Assembly (NCBI GenBank): GCA_038867615.1
Contig: JAWBYA010000003.1
Coordinates: 64,001 to 128,000, forward strand
Origin: Sulfolobales archaeon
GTDB lineage: Archaea > Thermoproteota > Thermoprotei_A > Sulfolobales > AG1
Reading direction: 5' to 3'
Length of the DNA: 64,000 nt
The translations under genes were made by a program, and so were the position numbers. A model generated the notes under the pieces. It saw nothing but the letters and a program-made list of their open reading frames with translations. It was not told where the DNA came from and ran no database searches. Positions 10,458-20,754 of this stretch are shown here, piece by piece. Every line of letters starts with the position of its first letter. Positions within the stretch are counted from its first letter, which is position 1.

Positions 10458-11384
10458 ATGGATCTATCTCTCGGCATCGATCTAGAAGTTCTGAGGCAAT
10501 ATGTCGAGAGCAGAAAATCAATGATAGAGAGCGCTCTAGAGAGCGTTGTTAAGAACTATGAGGGAGAGGTTCTCGAGATTGTTAACTATATGTCAAGAGG
10601 GGGGAAGAGGTTCAGAGGCGTTTTAACCATACTTGTATGTGAGAGCCTAGGAGGGAGGGTTGAAGATGCCATAGATGCTGCCGTCGCTGTAGAGCTTGTC
10701 CATGCAGCATCCCTCGCGCTGGACGATATAATTGATCTCGACTATATTAGGAGGGGCTCTCTATCATCGTGGATCAAGTACGGCGTCTCTAAAACCGTAT
10801 TAATAGCAAACATGCTCATACCAAAGGCACAGCTAATGATAGAGAGGTACGGCTTTGAAGCATTGGTAAAGGTGATAGAAGCATGGCTACATGCCACTAG
10901 CGGTGAGGTTATCGACGTGTTCGGCCCTGGCCCTGGGATTGCTAGCTATGAGGCTCTGGCAAGGCTCAAGACGGGCGCTGTGTTTAGGGCAGCTACTTTT
11001 CTCGGTGCTAAGGCTGCTAAGGCTGGCAAGTCTTACGAGGAACTAGCGGCTGCTTTTGGAGAAAACCTAGGTGTGCTATACCAAGTAGCAGACGATCTTG
11101 TTGATGTTATAACAAACAAAATAGAGGGAGGATCGAAGGGTCTTGAGATGTTCATAGAATGGGCTGGGGGAGGAAATGTTGAGGAGATAGTATCGAGGGT
11201 TTCTTCCAAAATCGCCGGTATGTTGGAGAAACTCGAGACCATCGTGACAAAGTTTCCAAATAACCAGTACAGAGATTACCTAGCCACAGTACCAGGCTAC
11301 ATGTTATACGGAATGCTGAGAGAGGCTGGCGATATAGGGGAGGAGGTTTTCAAAAGGATCATGGAACTCTATTTGAAAACCTAA
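10458..11384 (+). CDS. Polyprenyl diphosphate synthase (medium-chain, hexaprenyl-PP synthase-like)
   Basis: GGKRFR, first Asp-rich motif LDDIID..RRG, KT, and second motif YQVADDLVD. Confidence 0.85.
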   Translation: MDLSLGIDLEVLRQYVESRKSMIESALESVVKNYEGEVLEIVNYMSRGGKRFRGVLTILVCESLGGRVEDAIDAAVAVELVHAASLALDDIIDLDYIRRGSLSSWIKYGVSKTVLIANMLIPKAQLMIERYGFEALVKVIEAWLHATSGEVIDVFGPGPGIASYEALARLKTGAVFRAATFLGAKAAKAGKSYEELAAAFGENLGVLYQVADDLVDVITNKIEGGSKGLEMFIEWAGGGNVEEIVSRVSSKIAGMLEKLETIVTKFPNNQYRDYLATVPGYMLYGMLREAGDIGEEVFKRIMELYLKT

Positions 11385-11433
11385 AAACAAGACACTCTAA
11401 TTAACACTATGCGCTATATTGTCGTGTGGGAAG

Positions 11434-12159
11434 ATGGTCACACGAATATCTACAGGAGTGCATAGCCTAGACTCAATGCTTGAGGGAGGAGTGCCTGAGG
11501 GGTTCTTCATAGCAATAGTCGGAGAGCCCGGTACTGGTAAGACCGTGCTTAGCCTCCACTTCATCCACCAAGGCATAGTTGATGGTGATAAGTGTATCTA
11601 TGTAACGACAGAGGAGGATCGAGAATCCCTTCTAGACCAGGTAGAGAGATTCGGCTGGGACTGGGAACCTTTTATTGGTAAGAGGTTAATAATAATTGAT
11701 GCTCTAAAGGGCCAGGAGGATCCATGGTCTATCCAGGATATGGATATAGAGCTGCTAATAAACAAGGTGATCGAGGCTAAGAAAGCCCTTGGATATGGGA
11801 GGTCAAGGCTAGTCATAGACTCTATCTCAGCCTTCTGGCTCGAAAAACCAGCAATGGCTAGGAAATACAGCTATCTGGTCAAAAGAGTTCTGGGTAAATG
11901 GGGTTTCACAACATACCTAGTGTCACAATACGCTGTTACAACAATGTTCGCTTTTGGATGGGGTGTAGAGCATATAGCCGATGGTGTTATCAGGTTTAGG
12001 AGGAAGATCTCTGGAGGGGTGTTAAAGAGATACCTAATGATAGAGAAAATGAGGAACACAAGACATGATAAGAGAATATATGAAATAGACATAACTGATA
12101 GGGGGTTGGTGATACTAAACCCAGCTGACCTTGATATAGAGCATGTGACATCTATATAG
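11434..12159 (+). CDS. KaiC-domain RecA-superfamily ATPase (aRadC-like)
   Basis: ISTGVHSLDSML.GG, Walker A GEPGTGKT, LVIDS, EHIADGVI, IEKMR. Confidence 0.9.
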   Translation: MVTRISTGVHSLDSMLEGGVPEGFFIAIVGEPGTGKTVLSLHFIHQGIVDGDKCIYVTTEEDRESLLDQVERFGWDWEPFIGKRLIIIDALKGQEDPWSIQDMDIELLINKVIEAKKALGYGRSRLVIDSISAFWLEKPAMARKYSYLVKRVLGKWGFTTYLVSQYAVTTMFAFGWGVEHIADGVIRFRRKISGGVLKRYLMIEKMRNTRHDKRIYEIDITDRGLVILNPADLDIEHVTSI

Positions 12160-12481
12160 ATAAGAAAGGATTCGTGTATCAAGAATCACAACCAAAGATC
12201 TTGTAAAAACAGCTCAAGCCGACCCCATATTAGATGAGAGATCCGTGTCGCCAAGCCCTGACAACAATCCACGGACCATGGGGATAAAGATCTCTGCGAG
12301 CTGGGTAGAAGATCTAGCTATGGAAAAACAACACAACAAATATCCAGAGACATATAGGTGAAGCAAGCGAAGATATGATCGCTGTGAAAACCCCTGAAGA
12401 GAACCAATCCACCCAACTACTCCTGCGTTCTTAAGCAGATAAAGCGTAATGCTAAATATACCTCTCCACAATATCTCAATA

Positions 12482-13231
12482 ATGATGAGCCTCTTGGCAA
12501 AAATCATTGTTGACGAGCGTGAGAGATCCTCAGGGATACCGCAATTACTGGCTAGGTTAGGTGACCATATAGTATACAAGATCCTTGATGTTGGTGACTA
12601 TATAGTTGGTGAGAGCATCGCGATCGAGAGGAAAAGAGTACCGGATTTTATAAGGAGTATTTTTGATGGAAGAATATTTGACCAGGTTGGAAGACTCCTT
12701 GATGTATATGATAAGGTAGTATTGCTTGTCCAAGGATCGCCAGGCGAGGTGAAAATGACCACAGATAGGTGGAGTTCTTTTTATGGAACAATAGCCAGAA
12801 TGATCCTTGAGGATGGTGTGAGCATCGTCTATACACATGACATCGAAGACACAGCCTACCTAATCCACTCCCTAGCCCAGAAATCCCAAAGCCCTGGAAT
12901 TGGGGGTGGACGCCCATTGATCCATAAGAAGCCGAAGCTGGGAACCGTGGATGAGTGGCAAGTATACATAGTCCAGAGCTTACCCTATATAGGGCCGAAG
13001 CTGGCTAGAAAGTTGCTAGAGAGATTCGGAAGCGTACTCTCTGTCTTCAACGCAAGCGCCCTAGAACTCAGCAGGGTCGAAGGGATCTCAGAGTGGAAGG
13101 CACAGGAGATAGTAAGGATCCTGAGATCGCCATATAATAAGGGTTTGTTTAGGAGTAAAGAGAGGGATCTTGGTTCAGAGCCTCATGGATCAGACAACAT
13201 ATCGCCAGATCATGGTAACGCTAACCACTAG
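12482..13231 (+). CDS. xpf: Crenarchaeal XPF (ERCC4) structure-specific endonuclease
   Basis: IIVDERE, GDY...IERK..DF..S..DGR..DQ nuclease motif and tandem HhH (LPYIGPKLA, VEGIS). Confidence 0.93.
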   Translation: MMSLLAKIIVDERERSSGIPQLLARLGDHIVYKILDVGDYIVGESIAIERKRVPDFIRSIFDGRIFDQVGRLLDVYDKVVLLVQGSPGEVKMTTDRWSSFYGTIARMILEDGVSIVYTHDIEDTAYLIHSLAQKSQSPGIGGGRPLIHKKPKLGTVDEWQVYIVQSLPYIGPKLARKLLERFGSVLSVFNASALELSRVEGISEWKAQEIVRILRSPYNKGLFRSKERDLGSEPHGSDNISPDHGNANH

Positions 13232-13530
13232 GGTATGCACTACTATGGGAGCTTCATTCAGCTAATTCATGCTCCACTTCTAGATCCTTTTTACGTATTG
13301 TTAGAGAGCCTTCAATGCGAAATGGTAAAGGCTTTGTATTTATTTTGTACGTCATAGAACAAGTAATTAGGAGTCTCACACCGTATCTTTATGCTACACA
13401 GAAGTGGTTTCACAATTTTATCTACCTATTATAGTAATGGAGCGCCTTATGCCGGAATAGAACGGCTTAGAGGCTGCATGGACGCTTAGCCTATTAAGTG
13501 CATAGCTGTGGGAAAAACTAGAAGCCTGGT

Positions 13531-14733
13531 TTATCTAGCAACTATAGCTAACACCCATATTAATGCTATTCTTACAAAGGCTATCCACTGTATAGGGCTT
13601 TCTCTGAACCATGGCCCCCTGCTCTCAACACCGATCATACTTGTTATAACTCCTTCATGGAACCAGAGAACCATTATCATGACATTAAGTATATCCTGGA
13701 TAAGCAACAGATATTTCAACCTATTGTTAAGCAATAGATAGAGAGGTGCCAGAAATATATTCATCTGTGGTGAGTAGATATATGAGAAACTTATAGAGAG
13801 TGCAACCGACATTAGTGGTGTGCGCATAGACATCGCTCCGGGTTCTTGGATATACCTGTTATAAGACACGATCGTATATATAAATGGTGCAGAGAGAGTG
13901 AGAACGATAGAGAGGGTCCTGAGACTCTGATTATATATATCATCTGTTAAGAGATTATAGAAGCAGTTTTCACAATACCACCTCGAGTGATAGCTAAGGA
14001 AGTGGAAGAAACCGGGGGGATATACGAGTAGTAATGCTAAGAACGGGAGTGCTGCTACTGAGAAGCCGAGAAGAGCGAAGAGCATGGCTCTCCCGATCCT
14101 GCTGGCTAGGATCGTGATGAATATAGAGAACAACGCATATATGGGTATAACCTTAACAGACGCTCCCAAACCCAACGCGATGGATGAGCCATAAATCTTG
14201 TTTTTAGTGTAGAGAAAAATACCCAAGATCATTAGAAAGGCCGCGATTATATCCCAGTTATAAAATAAATAGTAAACAATAGAGGGCGATGCTATAGAGA
14301 GTATAGAAAGAATCCTTGGCGTCCTCTTCTCTTTCGAGATCCTATATATGATATAGACATATGCTATATAGAAAAAAATATTTATAGCAAAAAGACTTCT
14401 CACCATGGATAAGAAAGGATCATAACCATGTGTTGAGAGATAAAGAGCGATCTTAGAGGCAGCTAGCCAGAGAACAGCTATTATTGGCGTGTATTCAAAC
14501 TCATAGTCAACATATGGATAGCCTGATAAGACGCTGTCAGGGGATCTATGATACAGCGCTAGGTAGTCAGTATATTCTCCAAGGAATAAGGGATCGTGGA
14601 TCACAATACCAATGAGTATAACTATTATCGCTATCATCGCGTACTGGTAGTGTTCACCACGAACTCTGCGCAAGATACCCCCACACAACATAGTCACAGA
14701 AAATATCTCTATGAGGCAAAAAACATATATCAT
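13531..14733 (-). CDS. Multi-pass membrane GT-C glycosyltransferase (GT87-like)
   Basis: About 10-11 hydrophobic segments; PYVDYEFEYTP, NWDII, GASVKVIP and YSPQ motifs. Confidence 0.7.
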   Translation of the reverse strand: MIYVFCLIEIFSVTMLCGGILRRVRGEHYQYAMIAIIVILIGIVIHDPLFLGEYTDYLALYHRSPDSVLSGYPYVDYEFEYTPIIAVLWLAASKIALYLSTHGYDPFLSMVRSLFAINIFFYIAYVYIIYRISKEKRTPRILSILSIASPSIVYYLFYNWDIIAAFLMILGIFLYTKNKIYGSSIALGLGASVKVIPIYALFSIFITILASRIGRAMLFALLGFSVAALPFLALLLVYPPGFFHFLSYHSRWYCENCFYNLLTDDIYNQSLRTLSIVLTLSAPFIYTIVSYNRYIQEPGAMSMRTPLMSVALSISFSYIYSPQMNIFLAPLYLLLNNRLKYLLLIQDILNVMIMVLWFHEGVITSMIGVESRGPWFRESPIQWIAFVRIALIWVLAIVAR

Positions 14734-14906
14734 GCATTGTTGTTTTCATAGTACACATAGCATACGGCTAGCAGGCGGGTGAATAGACATATACCCATGC
14801 AGATCTAACCTGGTATCGACCTCCTTAGAATTGCTCACCACCTTTCCGCACTGAACAACTGAGTAAGCTCTCCTCAAGTGGGTGTGTTCAGATCCATGGT
14901 TTGAAT

Positions 14907-14937
14907 ATTTTCGCCCAACCCAGTGGGCTTTTATATA
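14907..14937 (+). promoter_or_regulatory. Promoter of the pilin operon: TATA box (TTTATATA 14930-14937) with upstream ATTTTC (ANTTTC-like) element at 14907-14912
   Basis: The TATA box ends 23 nt before the pilin ATG at 14961; the hexamer lies 17 nt upstream of the TATA box. Confidence 0.55.
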
Positions 14938-14960
14938 CACCACATGAACTCTGGGGAGAT

Positions 14961-15407
14961 ATGTTGAGGAAAAGAGTATTGAAAGGTTTGAGCGAGCTGG
15001 TGGTTATAATGATAGCGGTCGCCATAGCCGTACCAGTCATGTTCATACTACAATCATGGCTGGTAGGACAGATGGGGAGGATGCCAGAGCTAGATCCCGT
15101 GACAGCTACCTATGTCTCTAGAAGCGTTACCACAGACTCGCTCCTAGTAACACTAACCGTGAGCAATAATGGGAACGAGCCTGTGAGCGTTTCTAGCATT
15201 ACAGTGGTATACACCACTACCGAGAGTGGTGTAAGTACTACTTCAGGCAATCTGCTGGGTATAAGTCTTCCTCAGACTATTAATCCCAGATCATCGATAA
15301 CTATCCCTCTAACAATAAACAACGCGGCTAAGGTTAACGAGGTTATAGTCACAGTTACAATACCGAGCTCTAACATTGTGAAGACTATAAGAGCAGCAGG
15401 GATCTAG
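14961..15407 (+). CDS. Archaeal type IV pilin with class III signal peptide
   Basis: MLRKRVLKG|LSELVVIMIAVAIAVPVMF: basic leader, KG cleavage site and hydrophobic N-helix, followed by a Ser/Thr-rich beta domain. Confidence 0.88.
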   Translation: MLRKRVLKGLSELVVIMIAVAIAVPVMFILQSWLVGQMGRMPELDPVTATYVSRSVTTDSLLVTLTVSNNGNEPVSVSSITVVYTTTESGVSTTSGNLLGISLPQTINPRSSITIPLTINNAAKVNEVIVTVTIPSSNIVKTIRAAGI

Positions 15408-15410
15408 CGG

Positions 15411-16889
15411 GTGTTCCTCGTGCATTTACTGAAACTAGATAAGCTTTTTTCTAGAAAAATAATATTTGGCAGAGTTAATACGGGTTCTGTGTATTTTCCT
15501 AGCTATGGGGATTTTGATCTTAAGGAGTATGTGTTGCACGGAGATTCTAATGATTATGATCCATTGCTGAGCAACGCTGTGGTCAAAGAGGTGGAGGATG
15601 TTATTATAGAATATAGTGTTGGGCCGTACAGGATTCTGATTGTATCCTCTGATGGGGAGTATCTATATCTAGCGGATCTGGTTCCAAGGCCTTCCAGGGA
15701 TCTTGTGGGCATTATAGATAACCTATCAAGAGATCTTTTCAGATTCGCTCCTGAGGATAGGGATCTTGATGACTACTACATAGCCGAGGTTCTGAGGAAT
15801 GTGTACAGAATCCCTGAGGATTATGTTAATATGGCTACATATCTAGTGAAGGAGAGGCTTAAGTACGGCAGGATCCAGGTTCTCCTCGACGATCCATATA
15901 TAGAGGATATAAGCATCAGCGGCCCGGGTGCTGTTTGGGTTAGGCACAGGATAGTTGTTGAGAAGGATCCCTTGGTGGATATGATCAGAACAAACATCGT
16001 CCTAGATGCTAGGGAAGTGCTATCGCTTCAAAAATACATAGCCACAAGATCTAGAACATATATATCTAGGTCAAACCCTGTAGTCGATGTACAGCTCCCA
16101 AGAGAGGACGGTGGGCACAGGGTACATCTAGTAGATCCAACAATAGCTGGTAACAGACCAGAGATAACTATTAGAAAGAGGTTGGAGGAGAAGATAAGCA
16201 TAGAGTGGCTCATTGAGAAAGGATCTATTAGGAGCGAGGTTGCCGAGTATCTAAGACAGATAGTACTAAGCAGGGGCTCTATAGTTATAGCCGGCCCCCC
16301 GTCTAGTGGAAAGACAACCCTCCTAAGAGCTCTTCTCAACAGCTACGTACCCCCCAGCTGGAAAGTAGTTATAATAGAAGATACCCCCGAGATCGAGATC
16401 CCCGAGAACAGCTCGTGGGTTAGATATACAACATACGAACTGGGAGCGCTCCACATAGACCAGTTCTTCCTAGCCAAAGCAGCCCTCAGATCTTCTGCTA
16501 ACAGGCTCATAGTGATCGGAGAAACCAGGGGAGCAGAAGCCCAGGTTCTGGCACAAGCCCTAAACATGGGTATGGGGGCTCTCACAACATTCCACGGCGG
16601 GTCTTCAGAGGAGGTTATAACAAGGCTTATGTCGCCTCCTATAAACATGTCTAAACACCAGATCGGCAGCATATGGACTATAGTTATCATGGGTATTGGG
16701 TGTGTGAACAGTAAGGGGGTGGGTAGGTGTGTGGAGAGGGTGGATGAGATCCTTATGGATGACGATATAGATATACATACAGTCTATTCTGTGGAGGAGA
16801 ACAGCCCAGGGATTATGGAGAGAAGCATTAGATTGAGGAGAGCCAGCAGGACAAGGAATTCTGGGAACATCTTGGTCAAAACCGGCTAG
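15411..16889 (+). CDS. Type IV pilus / type II-IV secretion assembly ATPase (CpaF/FlaI/UpsE-like)
   Basis: LLDDPYIEDISI, ITIRK, Walker A GPPSSGKTT, IEDTPEI, ALR...IGETRG.EA, TTFHG. Confidence 0.93.
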   Translation: MFLVHLLKLDKLFSRKIIFGRVNTGSVYFPSYGDFDLKEYVLHGDSNDYDPLLSNAVVKEVEDVIIEYSVGPYRILIVSSDGEYLYLADLVPRPSRDLVGIIDNLSRDLFRFAPEDRDLDDYYIAEVLRNVYRIPEDYVNMATYLVKERLKYGRIQVLLDDPYIEDISISGPGAVWVRHRIVVEKDPLVDMIRTNIVLDAREVLSLQKYIATRSRTYISRSNPVVDVQLPREDGGHRVHLVDPTIAGNRPEITIRKRLEEKISIEWLIEKGSIRSEVAEYLRQIVLSRGSIVIAGPPSSGKTTLLRALLNSYVPPSWKVVIIEDTPEIEIPENSSWVRYTTYELGALHIDQFFLAKAALRSSANRLIVIGETRGAEAQVLAQALNMGMGALTTFHGGSSEEVITRLMSPPINMSKHQIGSIWTIVIMGIGCVNSKGVGRCVERVDEILMDDDIDIHTVYSVEENSPGIMERSIRLRRASRTRNSGNILVKTG

Positions 16890-16903
16890 GGTTCGGTACC
16901 ACC

Positions 16904-18358
16904 ATGGATATCCTCTCACGAGCTGTAAGGAAATACTCAGAACTATTAGCGATCTCGGTATCGAGCTACAGGGATTATCTATCTCTACAGAGAGAGCTGA
17001 TAACAGCCATTATAGGTGTAATGCTCTCCCTATCACTCGCAACGATCACCAACCTCTGGTTAGGAGCCATACCGCATAACATGGAATTATCGATAGCACT
17101 CGCAATTTCGGGGTCTATTTTATCACTCCACAAGATCCTAGCCAGGGTCTCGAGATCCTTGGAGAAGGCAAAAGGATTATCAGAGGAGCTACCATATTTG
17201 GTTTTCATGGCCTCAGCAATAGCTAGGACAGGGCTCGAGCTTGTAGAAGCGCTTCATTTTATCTCAACCAGCGAGGCTGGTGTGTTTAGATATTTTAAAA
17301 GCCTCTCAAAAAGGCTTATCAATGCATCCAAATACATAGGCTTTGAGGAGGCCTTAGACAGGCTCGCAGGGATTCCTAGGGGTGTTAAGAAGACTCTGAT
17401 AACATATCTCTCAAGCATAAGTTTAGGAACAGGTATAGAGACACTGAACGCGCTTGGGTTAGAGATGATCAGAGAGGCTTCTAGACGGGCATCGAGATCT
17501 ATAGACCTAGCAGCCCAGGCTGGCCTGGTGATAACGATGGTACTCACAACAATACCGATCCTCGTCCTAGGGATCTCATCGATCCTCGGCGATCATGTAG
17601 CGCTAAGCGTAGGCATCATGGTTAGTTTAGGCACACCAGTAGCTGTTCTATTACTGCCCCAAACACCCCTACCACTCAGGCTCATAATAAGTAGGGGTAA
17701 GACGCTGTATGTTTCTTTACTAAGCCTGCTCTCCATAGGCCTTATAGTATTGGCATATGTATCAATACACCTGCTAGCCTTATCAATCATCCAGATAAAT
17801 ATAATGAAGAACATTATTATCATATTATCGATCATCATGATCCTCGTGGGTATCCCCTGGGCGGTGATCTTTGCAAACTACCTAGCCGGTTTCGGGAGGG
17901 CTAGGGATATCTTGTTTTCTATAAGCAGTTATGCCAAGGCATATAGAACACTAGATGGTCTCGACCTAGATAAGGAGGCACAGAGAGTAGGTTCATACGC
18001 ACCATGGATATTACATTATATCATATTCTCTCTGGTCTTTTTCAGAGAAAAGGGTGGGGTCGAGCCCATAGTCATCACAAGGTTTTCAGAAGAGATCATG
18101 GATGTAATGGCAAAGAACACCAACAGGATCGCGGGATCTTTGCTATCGCTTGCAGCAACCCTAGCACAGCCAGTAATGCTTGCACAGATAATCCCAATGA
18201 TGGGCTCAACCGCACATAGCCTTGGCACGATCGTCATGCTCCTATCATCAGCAACGGTATCATCGCTAATAGCATCAAAGATCTTCTTCGGAAGTGCGAG
18301 GAACACGATTATAATGGGTATGTGTTTCTTGCTACTCTATACACTTCTCCTAAGGTGA
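16904..18358 (+). CDS. TadC/FlaJ/UpsF-like pilus membrane platform protein
   Basis: Follows the assembly ATPase; about 9-10 TM segments; T2SSF-like segment EELPYLVFMASAIARTGLELVEAL...GFEEAL. Confidence 0.72.
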   Translation: MDILSRAVRKYSELLAISVSSYRDYLSLQRELITAIIGVMLSLSLATITNLWLGAIPHNMELSIALAISGSILSLHKILARVSRSLEKAKGLSEELPYLVFMASAIARTGLELVEALHFISTSEAGVFRYFKSLSKRLINASKYIGFEEALDRLAGIPRGVKKTLITYLSSISLGTGIETLNALGLEMIREASRRASRSIDLAAQAGLVITMVLTTIPILVLGISSILGDHVALSVGIMVSLGTPVAVLLLPQTPLPLRLIISRGKTLYVSLLSLLSIGLIVLAYVSIHLLALSIIQINIMKNIIIILSIIMILVGIPWAVIFANYLAGFGRARDILFSISSYAKAYRTLDGLDLDKEAQRVGSYAPWILHYIIFSLVFFREKGGVEPIVITRFSEEIMDVMAKNTNRIAGSLLSLAATLAQPVMLAQIIPMMGSTAHSLGTIVMLLSSATVSSLIASKIFFGSARNTIIMGMCFLLLYTLLLR

Positions 18359-18363
18359 TCCTC

Positions 18364-20754
18364 ATGAGCCTTTCAATAAAGATCCCATACAAGGTTGAGG
18401 ATCTATTCACGGTAGAATTGCCAGAGCATCTGCTAAGTCTGAAACCGCGTCTCATTCAATCAAGGATCAGCCCTGACACTGTCTATGTTGAAACAGAGAT
18501 CGGGGACGTGCTTGTGAGACCATTGATAGGTTTGAAAAACAATATCAACAGACCCTGGGTGTATCACGATGCCTCGAGGGTTTGTTTTAATAATGCGTGT
18601 AAAGATCTTGGCAAGATCTTTAAAGCAGCTCCACTAAGCGATAACACTGCTATAGTAATTAACGAGGGGAAAAGCTACTTAGCAGAGTTATCTGAAGACG
18701 GTATAAGAACCAGACATGTTGATGTAAAAGAGATCTTAGGATCAGTACGATACATAGATAGATCTGTTATTCTGATTCGAGAGAAAGGGTTTAGGAAGAG
18801 AGTGTTAGCAATAGACCACGGGTTTCTATATGCCGTGACAAGCTTCTGCATGGAGCGAAGAGAAGGATATGCTGTAGTAGCCTTCGAGACGGGTGGTTAT
18901 ACAAGAATATACTTTGGCGCCGAGCACGGCGGGTATATGATATACGACACAAACAGCCCGCCAGTAGCATGTACCATGGGGTATAGGGTAGCTACTATAG
19001 CGCTAAGGAACCGGGGTTCTGTATATATCGGTAAGGGACTATACCTAGAAACACCCCTAAGATCCGTAGGAACAGCGTGGATCCCTGAGGATAGGGTTCT
19101 TATTCTATACGATCAGAAGGGTGGGTGGCTATTAGAGAGCGATCTTAGAAGCCTCAAACCCATAGCCAGGCTGCCTGGCAGACCAACATATTTGGGCAGG
19201 CTTGGGGATTCAGATTCACATGTATTGACGGTTAACGGAGAGTTGGTGGTTATCAAAGGCTCCCTCATTACAAAGCCGGAGATCCGTTTAGACAGTTATA
19301 AATATGTGTCCATCAATAACAATGGGTTAGTGATAGATTCAGGAGAAACCCTCGCAATAAGATCCATAGAGGGGAGGGAGATCTGGAGTGTTAAGAAAGA
19401 TCCAGATACTCTATGCAGTGGATATGGAGACAAAATTGTATGTATTAAGGGGAACATGATCAGCGTAATAGAACCCGGTGAGGGAGAAGTGGTGATAGAG
19501 AGAAGAGCCGGTGAAATACCGGGGGTTATCATAAGCGGGGGTGGAAAAATACCAGGTATATCGGTCAGCGGGGATATAGATGTAATCAACATAACAAGAG
19601 TAGATGGAGACATAGAGATAACCATGGCGCCCAGGGTGCTTGGAAAAACATCGAGACCGTATATAGAGTTGGAGGACCTCATAACAAAGCACAGGGCTGA
19701 ATTGGAGGTCGTGGCGGAACCCCCGAAAGTAACTATAGAGCATGCTGGGATAGTGGTTTCGAGAACAGGTTTGCATATCGAGTGCGGCTCTCCCGGATAT
19801 GCCGAGGTTGTGTTAAGACTTAGCGGGAATAGATTCCACGATTTATATAGATATGTTGTGAGGATAACATCGATGGGAAGAGTTATAGGGCTAACAACAT
19901 TCCATCTAGGCTCTAACAATAGAGCTGAGGAGAAGATAGAACTGAGGATATGCCTAGAAGAGGCACCGATCGATGGAGATGCATGGCTAGAGATAACAGC
20001 TATAAAGAGAGATCTTGAGGGTCTCGAGGGCGAAGCTTTCTACAGAGCACCCTTGGTAGTTGAAACCAAGGAGCCTGTTGTCACCATATCTCTAGAGCAC
20101 TATAGCGATAAAAGCGAGATAACAGTAAAGGTAGAGAGATCCCGCGGGGTTGATGGAAACATATATGTTGATATTAAATGCACCAACACGTCATTCGAAA
20201 AAACAGAGAGAGGCAGTGGGGTTGTTAGGATCACCATAGGGGGGTGTGAGGTTCCAGCAAGAATCGTTACAGCTATCGAGGATCAAGGTTTCAAATGGAT
20301 CACTTCTAGAGAGATCCATATACCAGAACTAGTGCAATGCGCGGAGGAATATAACGATATAGCCGGTATAGCCGACGTGATGTGTACCAAGGGTGGGTTT
20401 TACAAACATATACCCCCGATCTCCCATAAAGATCTCTCACCCATAAAGGAGATAAAGGTTATAAATCTCCCAGGCAGAGGGAGCCAGGTCTTAATTATTG
20501 CTGATAGGAATGCATCATATATGGTAACAACCCTGAGAACCGGCTATGTGATTGGACAAGGCCGGCTATTCACCGGGATTAACATAGTGAACCTGGGGGT
20601 TGCAGCCCTGCTAGAGCCCTTAAGACTGTCGATCTTCAGTGGGGCGGCTTATAGAGAATATTTGATAGAGCCGGAAAACATAGCTGAGATGATCTCAACA
20701 GCCCTGAGAACATCTTATAAGCTACTAGAAATTATGGGCGGGCTAGGATTATAG
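18364..20754 (+). CDS. Large beta-rich hypothetical protein (796 aa) within the pilus operon
   Basis: ATG 18364 follows GGTGA. No signal peptide or TM segment is visible, and the sequence has a repeated short-strand pattern. Confidence 0.8.
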   Translation: MSLSIKIPYKVEDLFTVELPEHLLSLKPRLIQSRISPDTVYVETEIGDVLVRPLIGLKNNINRPWVYHDASRVCFNNACKDLGKIFKAAPLSDNTAIVINEGKSYLAELSEDGIRTRHVDVKEILGSVRYIDRSVILIREKGFRKRVLAIDHGFLYAVTSFCMERREGYAVVAFETGGYTRIYFGAEHGGYMIYDTNSPPVACTMGYRVATIALRNRGSVYIGKGLYLETPLRSVGTAWIPEDRVLILYDQKGGWLLESDLRSLKPIARLPGRPTYLGRLGDSDSHVLTVNGELVVIKGSLITKPEIRLDSYKYVSINNNGLVIDSGETLAIRSIEGREIWSVKKDPDTLCSGYGDKIVCIKGNMISVIEPGEGEVVIERRAGEIPGVIISGGGKIPGISVSGDIDVINITRVDGDIEITMAPRVLGKTSRPYIELEDLITKHRAELEVVAEPPKVTIEHAGIVVSRTGLHIECGSPGYAEVVLRLSGNRFHDLYRYVVRITSMGRVIGLTTFHLGSNNRAEEKIELRICLEEAPIDGDAWLEITAIKRDLEGLEGEAFYRAPLVVETKEPVVTISLEHYSDKSEITVKVERSRGVDGNIYVDIKCTNTSFEKTERGSGVVRITIGGCEVPARIVTAIEDQGFKWITSREIHIPELVQCAEEYNDIAGIADVMCTKGGFYKHIPPISHKDLSPIKEIKVINLPGRGSQVLIIADRNASYMVTTLRTGYVIGQGRLFTGINIVNLGVAALLEPLRLSIFSGAAYREYLIEPENIAEMISTALRTSYKLLEIMGGLGL

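Noticed and set aside
10042-10485. Pro/Gly/Arg-rich ORFs 10042-10266 and 10150-10485
   Set aside because: They are shadows of the GC-rich SRP RNA gene.
14961-18358. Archaellum operon
   Set aside because: No arlH, arlF, arlG or arlX is recognisable in the operon, and the pilin is short and lacks the archaellin N-terminal pattern.
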